A DNA stretch of 63,460 nucleotides, the filler included, from Reticulomyxa filosa (taxonomy: Eukaryota; Protista; Foraminifera): NCBI GenBank assembly GCA_000512085.1. It is 22 parts of 22 records of this genome, joined end to end, with 100 filler letters (N's around TTAATTAATTAA, not from the genome) between each part and the next. Parts side by side here need not be neighbours in the genome. Positions count along the whole stretch, not along the records: positions 36,998 to 39,766 come from ASPP01018332.1; positions 39,867 to 43,979 come from ASPP01032867.1; positions 44,080 to 45,725 come from ASPP01020179.1; positions 45,826 to 48,970 come from ASPP01000171.1; positions 49,071 to 50,902 come from ASPP01044612.1; positions 51,003 to 53,685 come from ASPP01003901.1; 16 more parts are not named here. One strand, given 5' to 3'. Positions 39,611 to 52,360 of this stretch are shown here, one piece after another; the stretch's first letter is position 1; each line of letters begins with the position of its first letter. The translations under genes were made by a program, and so were the position numbers. The notes beneath the pieces are model-generated. The model saw only the letters and a program-made list of their open reading frames with translations, was not told the origin of the DNA and did not search any database.

Positions 39611-39866
39611 GTTGTCTCTCTCCTTTGTCGGGCGGCGTTACCGGCCCTGTCGTGTTGTGCAAAAGCGCGACAGACAGAGCAGGCCGTGTGCCAGCAGCAT
39701 CAACAACCTGAAAAAACACATCAAAACAATGATTTAACAAAAATGCCGGCCACCCCCCTGCCACTANNNNNNNNNNNNNNNNNNNNNNNNNNNNNNNNNN
39801 NNNNNNNNNNTTAATTAATTAANNNNNNNNNNNNNNNNNNNNNNNNNNNNNNNNNNNNNNNNNNNN

Positions 39867-42800
39867 CTTTGCTGTTCAAAGATAACGTATTTGAAGAGTT
39901 TCAAGCAGTGATAAAGCAGCGCTTGCTATTGGTTTTGTCGATTGGACTGGTCAATGAGCCCATTGCACATATCATTCTTCAGCGCGCAAAAAAAAGAAAA
40001 AACGGAGGAGAAAAACAGATTTGCGAGGGATCGTTCTTTGAACATTACAAATATACCATTGACAAATTGGTAACAATGGGTCTGATCAACATTTTGCTGG
40101 CATGTTATGAAAACTGTTATTTCCAAGCCTGTTTCAACGGATTTGAACAGCAAATGACCGAATTAGATCACATTTTTGTCAGTTGCGCAAAGAGCTTTTC
40201 GCTATTGCAAATTGAGGAAATCAAGCAGGTCGTATCGCGACTTGCCGAAGACACGATCGAACTCCACGTGGTGCCAATGAAATACACAGCCCAATTTCCG
40301 TTCAGTCATTTGCTTCATCGCTTGTGTCAAAAGCAACTGGTCGATCAAATTGTGAACAATCCAAAAATCATGGCATTGGATGAAACCATTAAAATAGAGG
40401 ATGTTAAAACGGAAGAAATTAAAATGGAGGAAAAAAAGACAGAGGAAATCAAGACGGAAGACAAGAGTCAGTCGATTACAAAAGCAGGTGACAAAAGTAC
40501 AAAAGCAATGCAAAGTGCAAAGTTACTGACAATTGTACTTGCAGAATTTTCCTCATTGAATGACTGCAGTGAAGAAACTTGTCAAATGTATGTGACGGAC
40601 GTGATCATGGAAACGTTTTCCATTCCAATCAACGTGGTATCACTACTCAAAGACATCATCCTTTGCATTACCTGCACTGTGTGTGGCTCCATATCTTTGG
40701 CCAACTGCGAGACTGTGTTGTATTTCTATGGCGATGCTGTCATGCAATATATCACAATTTTTTCCCTGATCAAGGAAGCAGATGTAAGTCAATCTCGAAT
40801 TTCTGTCGAAAAAACCCTGTCTCCATTTGATCGCTTGGCACGAATTACGAATGACTTGTGTCAGTATTTTTCTAATATTAATATTGGTATGAAAGTTTTT
40901 AAGACAGTACAACTTTCTCTCCGTCTATTACATATATAAAAAAAAATAGATGAGTTTATTCTCGTGATGCATCGATTGTGTGTGGCTATGACGCCGATCA
41001 TTTCTTTGATGTTTGAATTTTCCACGAAACACAAAAGTAGAGAAGTGGAACAATTGCTGTCTCAATGTCGGGCCATCGAAGTGCGTCGCTTATGTATGGC
41101 TCATTTTGGACTTGCGGCTTTCTCAACCGAAACCAAAGACATTGGAGGGCAAATTCATTCCTTGTCCTCCATTGGATTACTATCCAGCGATGAAGTTATT
41201 CCAAGCATTCTTAAAGCAGCTGAGAGCAGTGGGCTGTTGAAACAAAACAAATATCCACATTTCATTCACGATTTGCTGGCAATTGCCAAAAAAGTGGAGA
41301 ATATGAACAATGAAAAGGAACAACAAGCATACAAATCTGTAGTCACAAAGCTATTCTTTGACACAGAAAAGCTGACGGCAACAACATCAAATGGAATTGC
41401 AATGGTGAAGTTGCAACGATTGGAGGAAATGGCTAGAAACCAATGGATAGACAAGATGATGGATTTGGATAGCTCAGAGGCTTTGCTGTTGAATCGCGTA
41501 TTGGAACGGATTTACTTAGATTCAACAACTACTGTCGACTTGAATGTCAATATGCTCAAAAATAACAGAGTCATCGAAAAGATCTCCAAACTCAAAGCAC
41601 TTTTGACCAAACATACTTATTGGATTGCCGCAAATGTGGATTTGATGAATTTCGAAGGAAACAATGAATTATTTAAGAGACTTGATGAATGTGTATCCCT
41701 TTTGTCGCAATTTGCCAATGAAGACAAAAAGTTAGAGTACAGTTTACACATTTGGTTTTTGAAACAATTGTACCAATTGAAGGGCATGGACTGGACTCAA
41801 GCACTGATCACACACAAACATATTCGATCAACATTCCCAATCTTTGAAAAAGACGAATTGAGTGCGGTTTTCTCGAAACTTGATTTTTGCGATCCACTTC
41901 TTTGCTCCTTTGATCCATTTATTAGGATGTATGGTAACATCTACAGTAAATTTCGAAAGCAAATTTTTTCAAGTTTGAAAAATGATAATATTGACATTGA
42001 TTACAATGACAAGCAAAATTTCACACCGTTGTTAGTGGCCGCATCGTCAATTGTCGGGTGGTCTGCAACAAAATTTGATAAAACTTCTCTAAGCAGTTGA
42101 TATTACTATATTTATGCAAAATACATATATGTGTATATCTTGACTTAAGAGATGTTTGTAAATATGATTAGAACTGCAAGCCTGCGTATTGGGATATAAT
42201 GTTTTCAACAACAATGTGGAGCGGAGCTTTTGGATAGCCCTCACTTCTCCACAGCCCACGCCATGGCATCAATCCACCATGAAGAGTCCCACTCACTCTG
42301 TTATTGGCAAGCTGTGCCTTCATTTTCTGGGAATACAACAAACTATGAAAAGTTAATAAATTAGGATTTCTTTTCACAAGCAATTGGCTCTCAAAAAAAA
42401 AAATAATAATAAAATATTTTTAAAAATAAGTTCATTCTCATATTAAAAAAAGATAATCCATTCAAAATGCTAATGCTCAGACCAGAAATATTTTTGAATG
42501 GCTATATCCCAAGTATGCCCGAAGACTCATGGTCCAAGATCCGCCGGGTCTTAGCCAAATCAGATGGGAATTCGTTCACCGTCCTTTGGTGCAAGAACGG
42601 CCATCCATTTTTTGTTGGTGAATGTGGACATCCAATGGAACAAGTGGTTTGTGTGACAGATGGTTGTGGCGAAGTTGTAGGCTCTTTGACGCACAGCCAA
42701 AAGGACATAGGACTCCAAATGAAAGATATTCTTCAAGGGTATAAACAAAATAATTGTTAAAAAAAACAACAAAAAATTGCTTTATACTTAATACTCACTG

Positions 42801-43979
42801 CTTTTTGAACAGATATCAATTGGATGGTTCACCGGAAGAACATTCAAAACCGGACGAGTTTTATAGATACGAAGGATGGAATTTGATTCGTCAGCTAAGT
42901 AGAATTACGTGCACGCTATTGCGTTTTTTGATACATTTGCCATTGCTTTTGCGAGACTTTGGCATTGCCGAGGGTTGTGCCCATCTCCAAAAATTGCTAA
43001 ACAAAGGCAACAAACAAGAAGTGACAAACTTTTTATGGAAGCAGGCGACAGGCAATTTTAATTTGTTATGTCGAGGTACCAGACTCAATGAAGAGCAATT
43101 GGCCATTGCATTACACTTCTTCTTGGACGATTTTGGCAAATGGTTCAATGACACTTATCCAAAAGGGTTATTTAATGAGAAGATGCGAAAGAAATTTATG
43201 CACTTGAAATGAACATGGATACACAGTATGGAGAATTTTTCGGCGAAAAAAAAATGGAATGAAATTCGAATGCAAGTAAAAGCAAAGCCGAAAGTGAAAG
43301 GAAAAAGAACTGCAATTTGAAATCCAAGAAAAAAAAGATATTTGATGCATCTTTCGCTCCAAATCTGTTTTTGACAACCAGATTCATGACTTGGGAAGAC
43401 TTGGCTCAGAGTCTGAACAACAACAGAGCACTGAAAAACAAGCATCCATTGTTATCTTTGATGTTATCTCCGACGAATTGCTTTGGAGTGTGAAATATTT
43501 GTCTTGGATTGGACAATGGCTAAAACGTGTCTATGTACGCTTTTGTCTTAAAATTTCCTCGACTGAGGGATGCAATAAGACAATCAAAGATGTATTGGAT
43601 GCCCTTGATGACAACAGAGAAAAATCACGTCAAATATGGTCACATTTCAAAATGTGTTGGAACAGCTTTGCAAAAAAACCCGTTCAAAATGGATGTCAAC
43701 AGTTGGTGGTCCCAGAATTAGGTGATGAAAATGCAATCACAATGGAATGTAGTCTGGCACGTGAAACGGGAATGGGATTGTTTGTTGTCAAAATTGTTCA
43801 ACTTTTGCAAGATGCCAATAACAAATTCTTGCAAGATTGTCATGATCAATTGGATAAAAAGGATTTGGAGATTCCAGAAGGAAAAGACAATGAAGATAAC
43901 AAAGAAATTGAGGAAATGAGTGATAATGGAACAAGTAGTGATGAGGGGTTGAGTGATAATGGAACAAGTAGTGATGAGG
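39867..43979 (+). CDS. RNF213 (mysterin)-like E3 module with RZ-type zinc finger, internal partial
   Basis: QFPFS; NPFKMLMLRPE..GYIPSMPED; CKNGHPFFVGECGHPMEQVVC....CGEVVG; RQLSRITCTLLRFLIHLPLLL; FKMCWN; LARETGMGLFVVKIVQLLQDANNKFL. These are colinear with recalled RNF213 motifs VPFSW, FLPTMPED, CPNGHPCSVGECGRPMEQSIC, LLIRLLTHLALLL and LPRRRGLGLCATALVSYLIRLHNE. Several GT-AG introns. Confidence 0.85.
43918..43979 (+). repeat. 33-bp coding tandem repeat (SDNGTSSDEGL) at contig end
   Basis: GAGTGATAATGGAACAAGTAGTGATGAGGGGTT followed by a second copy cut by the spacer. Confidence 0.9.
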
Positions 43980-44159
43980 NNNNNNNNNNNNNNNNNNNNN
44001 NNNNNNNNNNNNNNNNNNNNNNNTTAATTAATTAANNNNNNNNNNNNNNNNNNNNNNNNNNNNNNNNNNNNNNNNNNNNAGTGCAAATGATATGCATTCT
44101 CGCAGAATTTTCAAAAATCATTTAAAAGAATGTTGATTTCATCCAACAAAAAAAAAAGC

Positions 44160-44319
44160 TATTAAAAAATCAATATCATATTTAAAAACTACAAGACTTG
44201 TAGATATTTTTTTTTAAATAAAAAAAAGATTAGGTCTAAATGTTGATTTTTCATTGAGAAAATCAATTATCATCATAAGATATGTTTTAGGCGTTCAGTT
44301 TTCTTTGCAACCTACTGTA
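44160..44319 (-). mobile_element. Tc1/mariner-type element end, copy 3 (more diverged)
   Basis: TATTTAAAAACTACAAGA..TAGATATT..TAGGT..TTTTTCAT.GAGAAAATC.ATT..TTGCAACCTACTG|TA is shared with 21660..21794. Confidence 0.6.
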
Positions 44320-44344
44320 AAAAAAAATATATTCAATTTTATAA

Positions 44345-44423
44345 TGTGGTATCTGGGATTCGAACCCAGTATTCTAAAAAGAATTTGCGAAAATATCGCA
44401 TTGCCTCCAAGGCAAATACCACA
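44345..44423 (-). ncRNA. Non-canonical tRNA-like cloverleaf
   Basis: Minus strand reads TGTGGTAT TT GCC TTGGA GGC AA TGCGA TATTT TCGCA A ATTCT TTTT AGAAT A CTGGG TTCGAAT CCCAG ATACCACA. It has five fully paired stems, a canonical T-arm, and a 5-nt loop in the anticodon position. Confidence 0.55.
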
Positions 44424-44559
44424 AGGAGAAATAAAGTATTAGTTAACTTATATTTCTCGTCGTTATTGGAATAATTTTTTTTTTTGAATAGATTAAATAT
44501 AAATAAAATATAAACAAAATATAATTACATAACATATTACTTTAATCGTTTGTAATACC

Positions 44560-45725
44560 CTCACCAATATACACAAGACTGCCACTTCCGACTATATAAA
44601 TTACATCACATTCATCAATATAAAATAACACCAGCTTCAACAATATAATACAATATTCAACCAAATTCCAAACCAATATACATTACACCATCACCTTTAT
44701 TTAATATACATTACACCATCACCTTTATTTATATACACCACATCATCACTTTCACTTAAATACATTACACCACCATCTACATCTATGTACATTCACATCA
44801 TTACTTTCTCTTATATACACCACGCTATCTTCACCCACATATGCTGCACCACCACCTTCAACTATATACTACACCACAATGCATTCTTCATTTATATAAT
44901 TTACATTATCATCTTTACTTATATACATCATACCACCACACACCACTGTTTTCACCAATATACCACATCATTACTTTCACCAATATATCCACATATACTG
45001 CACCACCTTCCCCTATACACCACACAGCTACTTTCACCCATATACACCAAACAACCACGTTACCTATATATACCACACCACCATATACACCACACCACCA
45101 CTTTCACTTATATGGATTACACCAGTTTCACTCACATATGCAATACCACCACTTTTCCATATATATATAACACCATCTTCATCAACTCATGCCAAACCAT
45201 CATCTTCATCTATTTACACCAAACCACCATTTTTACCCACATATACCACATCACCATCTATATATCTATATACACCCACATCATTACTTTCACCTATATA
45301 CACAACGCCATCTTCATCCACATATACTGCACCACCACACCACCAGTTTCACCCATATACCACTATCACCTATATATACCACCTTCACCAACGTAAACCA
45401 CACAACCATTTTCATTCATATACACCACACCACCAGCTTCACCTATATACACCATCTACATCCACATATGCCACGCCACCTTTACCCACATACACCACGT
45501 TACCATCTTCATTTACATACACCACATCACCACCTTTACCTACATACACCACAACATTATATTTACCTATATACACAACCCAATATACATCACCATCATT
45601 TTCACCTATATACACCAGACATTACTTGCACCCGCACACACCGCACCACCATTTTCACCAATATACACCACCACCTTCATTTACATATACCACACCATCA
45701 TTTTCACCCACATATACCACACCAT
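44560..45725. repeat. Degenerate ~27-bp minisatellite (consensus ~ATATACACCACACCACCATTTTCACCT)
   Basis: Recurrent TATACACCAC and TTCACC motifs at ~27-nt period. The plus strand is nearly devoid of G, and the array runs into the contig end. Confidence 0.85.
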
Positions 45726-47848
45726 NNNNNNNNNNNNNNNNNNNNNNNNNNNNNNNNNNNNNNNNNNNNTTAATTAATTAANNNNNNNNNNNNNNNNNNN
45801 NNNNNNNNNNNNNNNNNNNNNNNNNTTTTCTTTTAAAAAGAGCTTTTAAAAATATTGCTATTTGTATAGATTATCACACAAACAGGAGAGCTAGAAACAA
45901 ATATCATACCCGCTGGAAACGTCGCAGATGGACATCTTGCAACACTCAGACGCCCACAAAAAACACGGGCGCTGTTTGAGAAATTTCTTCCGAGTGCATA
46001 CATGGTAAATTACAGGAAAAGAGGTTAAAATAATTCAATACACTTAAATGAATCTCGCCTAGAGACGAATTAGAGCTAAGCGTTGAATACCCTTCAAAAA
46101 GCAAAGGTTTTTTTAAACTGTTCTTCTTTTGCTAAAAAGCTGTCCACTAAAGAAACACAAAATCCCTAAGTCGTGCTGGTAGACATGGATAGGAGCAACA
46201 CTATCTCTTTTTGATTTTTTATTCGATAATTTGTCCAACCATTCGAACGTAACAAAAACATTTAATCGTTATGCAGCCAATTTTTAAATGAATTTTATTT
46301 CTGTTCGCTGTAAATAGTAGTTAGTTATTTTTATTAATTTTTAAAAATTGGCAGCCGTATTTTATCATTAAATTTCAAGAAGAAAAACTTTGCAACTCTA
46401 TCACCACGTGAAATAATTTTTCGAGTGCCATAATTTACTGCGCCAAAATAATTTTATTTATACTAAATCTTTGCCTCTTTTTTATTTTTTCAGTAAATTT
46501 ATGCAAAGCAATTTGGATGCACCTAATCTTTCCAATGACTTCTCTGCTGTGTCAATTGAACACTCTATTAATTTTACAGAAGAACACAAAAAATAATTGC
46601 TACTTCTGAGAAATGCTGTTTTTTAAAAATATTTTTTGATCAATACAACGGGTTACTTCATTTTGATGAACAAAGTGCGCTTTAAAAAAATTGAAAATAG
46701 GCATTGTTGAAAAGAGTGCTTATTATTATATTATCTTGTACACCGAAATAAAATATTTTAATCAAAATTTTTTTTGAATATATCTTCAATAACATTAAAA
46801 TTATTTTTAAAAATTTTTTGTGAGAAAAAAAGTTATCATTTGATCTGCTGATAAGCATTTCTCTTTTTCAAGTTCGACAAATTAATAACAATTATATCTT
46901 AATACTGATGCGATAGAATGAAATGAAAACAGATTAAAAATGTTTAGTTGATACAAAATTCAAAATATCATGGACACTTTGCACATTAGAGAGCATCAAC
47001 ATTTTTTGTGCAGTTTTTAAACTCTTTGGCTGGTCACTTGTGATTGTATTTAAGCCACAATCTTGAAGATCTACAAAACACGAACCATCGGGGGAAACAA
47101 AATTTTTTTTTAGAGTTTCTTTTTTGTTTTTTGTTGTTATTTTTACTTTTGTGCTTTGCCGTAATCCAATTTGAAAAATATTATGCTGACTAACTTGCTG
47201 TTCTCATAAATTAATTTTACACAGTTTCGCAAATGCGCAATTTTTATTTTGCAGTAATGAATTTCCGCAGGAAAGCACTTAATTGATAGTGTATTTCTTC
47301 CAAGAGATTCAGAAATAAAATCCTATTATTACTTCCTGTACTTTTGTTAGTAAGTCACATGAAGCCTCTAATAGGAAACATTTTTATTTGTTTGAATTTT
47401 TTAGAAAAAAAAATTTACAAAAAATATCACAGGAAAAAATGGCATGTCTACAAAAGAAAGAAGAAACAATCGAAATTGAAAATCGTTCTTTTGTTTTGAG
47501 AAAATATTTGTGTAATGTAATTTTTCTATTTAAGTAAAACTTTTAGATTTTTTGATGAGTTGTCAAAAGCTCTTTTTAAAAGTTGCACATTTAATTTTTT
47601 TTGGTACGATAGCCATTTTAAAAGAAGAAAATTTTTGAAATGTTTTCGCAATTTATGACCAATTTTTATGACCAATTATTGCTTGGGGGTTTAAAAAAGT
47701 TTTAATCTTCGATAGTGTAAATATAGACTAAATGAACAGCAATGCACATTGCGGTCACATAAAGCATTAAGAAAAGCGTAGTTCATAAAATCATTTTTTA
47801 ATTCAAATTTAAAATATTTTGTGCATTGAAATATAACATTCTTTTTTC

Positions 47849-48970
47849 TCAGTCTAACAGTACTCCACCCGTATACGCCTTATCTTCATCCATCTTCTCC
47901 TTGTTATTGTTTTTCTTATTATTCATTATCTGATCCATCTCATCCAAAAAATTGGTCAGCTTTTTTTTCTTTTCAGTGACATCTTTAATTTGTGTCATAG
48001 GTTTGTGAAGCTTTTGCTTTAGTTTACTCTTATTTTTATTTATTTTTTTGGCATTGCTTTTCATCAGTTGAAAAGATATATTCAAAGTATTTTGCAACGT
48101 GGCCTTGGTATTTGGCTCATTCACTACTTTTAGTTTCTTGAGATGATCAAATTTTTGCTCTCTAAATTCTTGTGCTGCAATTGCTTCATCTAATGTCCTA
48201 TCAACATCAAAGCATTGAAAAATAAATTTTAAAATTGCATGTAAATAAAAAGAAAGAAACAATTTTGATCTTGGTCTGCCCTTTTTTTCCCTTATTTGTA
48301 TTTATTTAGCTAAACTCGCGAGTAACAAACGATATCTGCAACAAACACAACAACAAATCTGTGATAGATGAAGTATAAAAACACATCTGCCTGACTTAAA
48401 GAATGTAATTACAAACCATTAAAGGTCTGCCTCGAAGTAGTGTATCCCAGAATTCTGCTCTCACTAAATGCGCTTCGTTTGGAGTGGCGAACAAAGCGTA
48501 AGCTTTTCTGTTTTGAAAGTTTTTATGCATGTTTATGTGTGAGCAAGTGTATTTACTAATTCAATTCTTATCACCTTTGAGTGCTTTCACTTATTTTGTT
48601 ATATGTCAGAGAATACCACAAACCCATTGTGTTTATTTTTGCCCACAGTGATCACGTTTAATGATAAAGGAGTGGCGACCTTTGAAATCAGCTTTCGCAA
48701 TTCGTTTTCAGTCACGTCATAGCGCATATTGCTGAAGAGCAAGCAGCTGCAATCTGAATGTATTTGATCACACATTAGTTTTGTTTTATAACATACTGAT
48801 AAAAAAAAGTACAACAACAACAACAACAAATAAATAACTCATGCTGGGATCATGTGCCAATTGCTGTGGCCTATTTTACACACGACAAGACAAGATTTGT
48901 TTTTAAGGATTGGCAGAACTGCACATTTGTAAAGTAACTTACATCAACATAGATATGCGTGTGTGTGTGT
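47849..48970 (-). CDS. RRM-domain RNA-binding protein (5' partial)
   Basis: RNP2 LLFSNMRYDVTENELRKL. After in-phase splicing, RNP1 GKAYALF and LRGRPLM/ISFV follow, then a Lys-rich C-terminal exon ending at 47849. Confidence 0.7.
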
Positions 48971-51089
48971 NNNNNNNNNNNNNNNNNNNNNNNNNNNNNN
49001 NNNNNNNNNNNNNNTTAATTAATTAANNNNNNNNNNNNNNNNNNNNNNNNNNNNNNNNNNNNNNNNNNNNTGCGCTAACAGCGCTTCTACCACATAAGGC
49101 AGGTGCTGATCCATTAATGCAACTGATTTTCCACCAAAATATGCACCAACACTTGCCAAAGTCATCACTGTGGTAAATATCAATGTTCATTTTTTTGCGC
49201 CACATCGTACAACCTGTCCATTTTTATTTTTTTTTGTTTTTAAAAAAAGTATTAAAAAAAAAAAAAGATATAACATTGAGGTGTCGAAAAGTATTTAAAA
49301 AGTGTTGCTTACCAATTGACTTGCGACTTGAAGAATGCGAATTGTAGTGCATGTCAAAGTTGCACGTGTTGACGATAATATCTTGGACTGCGATTTTGAA
49401 TTTTGAATATGTTTGGAATCGCCATTCGTTTTGATTGGAGCGCGATAAGTTGAAAATGCACAATTGCTGCCATTGTATGCACTATTGATAGCCAAATTCG
49501 GCGTTCGCGCCATCGTGGTACTGGAGGAATATATCACAAGCCATAAGTCAAATATTACATGAGTTCCTGACTGTCCAAACCATATGTGGTGCGCTTACCA
49601 ATATTACACCCATCTCTACTTCAATGCTGGTACATACACTATGTTTTTTTTTTTAAAAATCCATTTTAAATCAAATACATCATACGTACAATACATCCTC
49701 CCCCTTACTTTTTCTTGCTATACGTAAACATCCTTTTTTTTTTTTTCATGAACATTTTTTTTTATTTATTAGATCTTTCTGTCCATGTTGTTTACCTGTA
49801 TTTTGATTTGCAGTATGTTGATGAGTTAATTGAAGTTGTAAAATTATACATGATATTCTTCTTGATAATACGTATACTTGATTGTTTTAATTGCACCAAT
49901 ATTTCTGTTATGTTGTCAAAGCATTGTGGACATTGCACGCATTTCCATGTTTTTGATTTCCACATTTGGCTGACAGAGTGGTTGGACAACATATTCAATG
50001 ATAGCAATAATGCACCCATATAGTGTTGATTATTTGAATATATTGAGTTGTTTTCGTTTAAGTTCTCTGTTGCTACATTGCTTGCATTTGGCACCACCAG
50101 AACTGCAGTTAGGACGTGCAGTATTATCAAAATAAGTTCATATACCGAAGATGGCTTCATTTTGCCGTTGAAATAGCCAAGCTTTGCGGTCAATCTTTTC
50201 TCCTCCGTTTATCCCCTTTCTTAACAGGTACACTGAAATGTAAGGACATCAAATGAATAAAGCCACTTTAAGAGAAAAACAAAAAAATGTTGTGGCAAAC
50301 GAATACATTTATAAAATGTTAAATGGATGTCATACGATGTGTAGAAATGCCGAGTTTATTGAGGAAGGACATACGTACAAAAAAATCTTCGTTAGAATTA
50401 AAATAATTGCAAATACGCATTCATCAAATAAAAAGAGTACTAAAAAAATGATTGTATTATTAGCAACAATCGTTTTAGAAACAAGAGCCCTAAGAAGACG
50501 GTTTATCACTTAGTAAGCAGTTCATCAATCCAAATTCTTCTTTTTCGCCAGGTTTTTTGAAATAATGAAAAGTACAGTCATTGTTAGTGACAACCAATAC
50601 GTACACACACGCAACAAACGCACTCAAGTGTTGCAATGCTTTCCGAATTTGTGGTGACAAACTCTTTCTATGATACTCGGATGCACAATATACATCAAAG
50701 ATCCACCCAACATTGTCATCAGTTTCATTGCGAAACTCCATTTGTGGTGATTTCACTCAACGTGACTAAAGTAAATACCATTGATTGGAGTGTGTGCACT
50801 CGAGACTATCTGAGAGGGCTCACGTGCACTAAATACCGCATCAAAGCATCACAAAATCGAATGTCACCTCTTCCAAAATAAAACTTGTCATCTTTTTGAT
50901 AANNNNNNNNNNNNNNNNNNNNNNNNNNNNNNNNNNNNNNNNNNNNTTAATTAATTAANNNNNNNNNNNNNNNNNNNNNNNNNNNNNNNNNNNNNNNNNN
51001 NNATTGAATTGGAAAAAGAAGATATTATAATGAAAAGTTTATCACAACTTGCAACGTCAGTCTTGTTAGTAAATACAAATGTAACTTAA

Positions 51090-52360
51090 GTATATACGTC
51101 GACTATCGAGATTAAATCAAGCAACAGTACGTGATAAGTGGCAGCTACCAAATATGAACGGTTTATTAAAAAAATTGTAATCCAAAAGAATATTTTCAAA
51201 ATTAGATATAAGATCGATTTATTCAAATGTATATATCATAGAACAAAATCGCGAAAAACTGCATTAGTCAATCCAAACGGTTTATATGAATGTAACAGTA
51301 TTGGGTTCCAAATGCTACGGCCACATTACAACACATAATAACATTGTTATTTGGTGATATAGACGACATTGAAGTTTTTATTAATGACATCATAATTGCC
51401 AGTTGCCCCGAAGAAAATTTAAAAGTATATTGAAGTATTCAGTATATTTATAAAGATTATTGTATTTATTGCAATTGACCGCCAAATTCATACTAAATTT
51501 AGCTATGTTGATTGTAGATTTGACTAAATTACACCGGAAAAATTCAAAGTTGATTTGGAATGAAATACACGACAAAGCAATTGAAAAATTGAACATGTAA
51601 TTTCACATGTTCAGTTACTGCGATATCCAAAGCAAGACGGACTATTTATTTCCAAACAATTTGACGTTTATCAATTAAATTAGCATAAGTATGAAAAAGG
51701 ACTATGCATTGGCATATGCGATTCAAAAATAGATACATTATTTACTATTACGTAAATTTACTGCGTGTACAGCCACAAAAACTTAGCATCACTATTTACA
51801 CTATCATGTAAGCAAATAAATAGTCAGTTCGCCAGGTGGGCATTACAATCTAGTGAATTCGTGTCACTATTATGGATCAAATTGAAAGCATTCAGTCATC
51901 GGATCGAAACATTCGACTACGACTAGCTTTTAAAAAAGTACATTTTGTGAAGCACAACGAACAGATAAAGAAATAGTAACTATTATGAAACTATTGTAAA
52001 GAAACAAATCAAATAATTATTTAATTAATGACTATTCAAATGGAAAAATTCATTCTCGAAATGTTGTACATGAATGGATTTGCCGTCATTATGTACCTGA
52101 AACGATCGTAACAGACAATAGTACGAAATTCACTAGCAAAATTGCTAAATTAACATCACAAGTATTAGAAATAAAGTCATTATTCACATCATCGTACATC
52201 AAACAAACTGGATACTGTAACGTTTTCATATATACTTTAAAGATATACTAGTAGCAGTGTAATAAATCGTAATTTAGATTTTATCAAAGAAGATTCTTGT
52301 GTGTTATTTTTACCAGTATTGTGACATCTTGTAATATAACCATAAATAGAATGACAATGG
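51090..52360 (+). mobile_element. Degenerate Ty3/Gypsy LTR-retrotransposon pol remnant (RT-RNaseH-integrase)
   Basis: Broken motifs occur in order: YVDYR/LNQATVRDKWQLP, IFSKLDI, KTALVNPNGLYE, IDDI (RT); FARWAL (RNase H); EWICRHYVPETIVTDNSTKFTS..LFTSSY..QTG (integrase core). Many stops and deletions. Confidence 0.85.

Noticed and set aside
44345-44423. Calling the cloverleaf a functional tRNA or tRNA-Sec
   Set aside because: It has no 7-nt anticodon loop and no TCA anticodon, and it contains internal T-runs. It is kept only as tRNA-like.
44785-45773. His/Thr/Ile-rich ORFs on the plus strand
   Set aside because: They are open frames produced by the G-poor minisatellite in several frames at once.
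49071-50902. Possible multi-exon gene
   Set aside because: The composition looks coding in places, but I could not build a consistent frame or recognise a domain.
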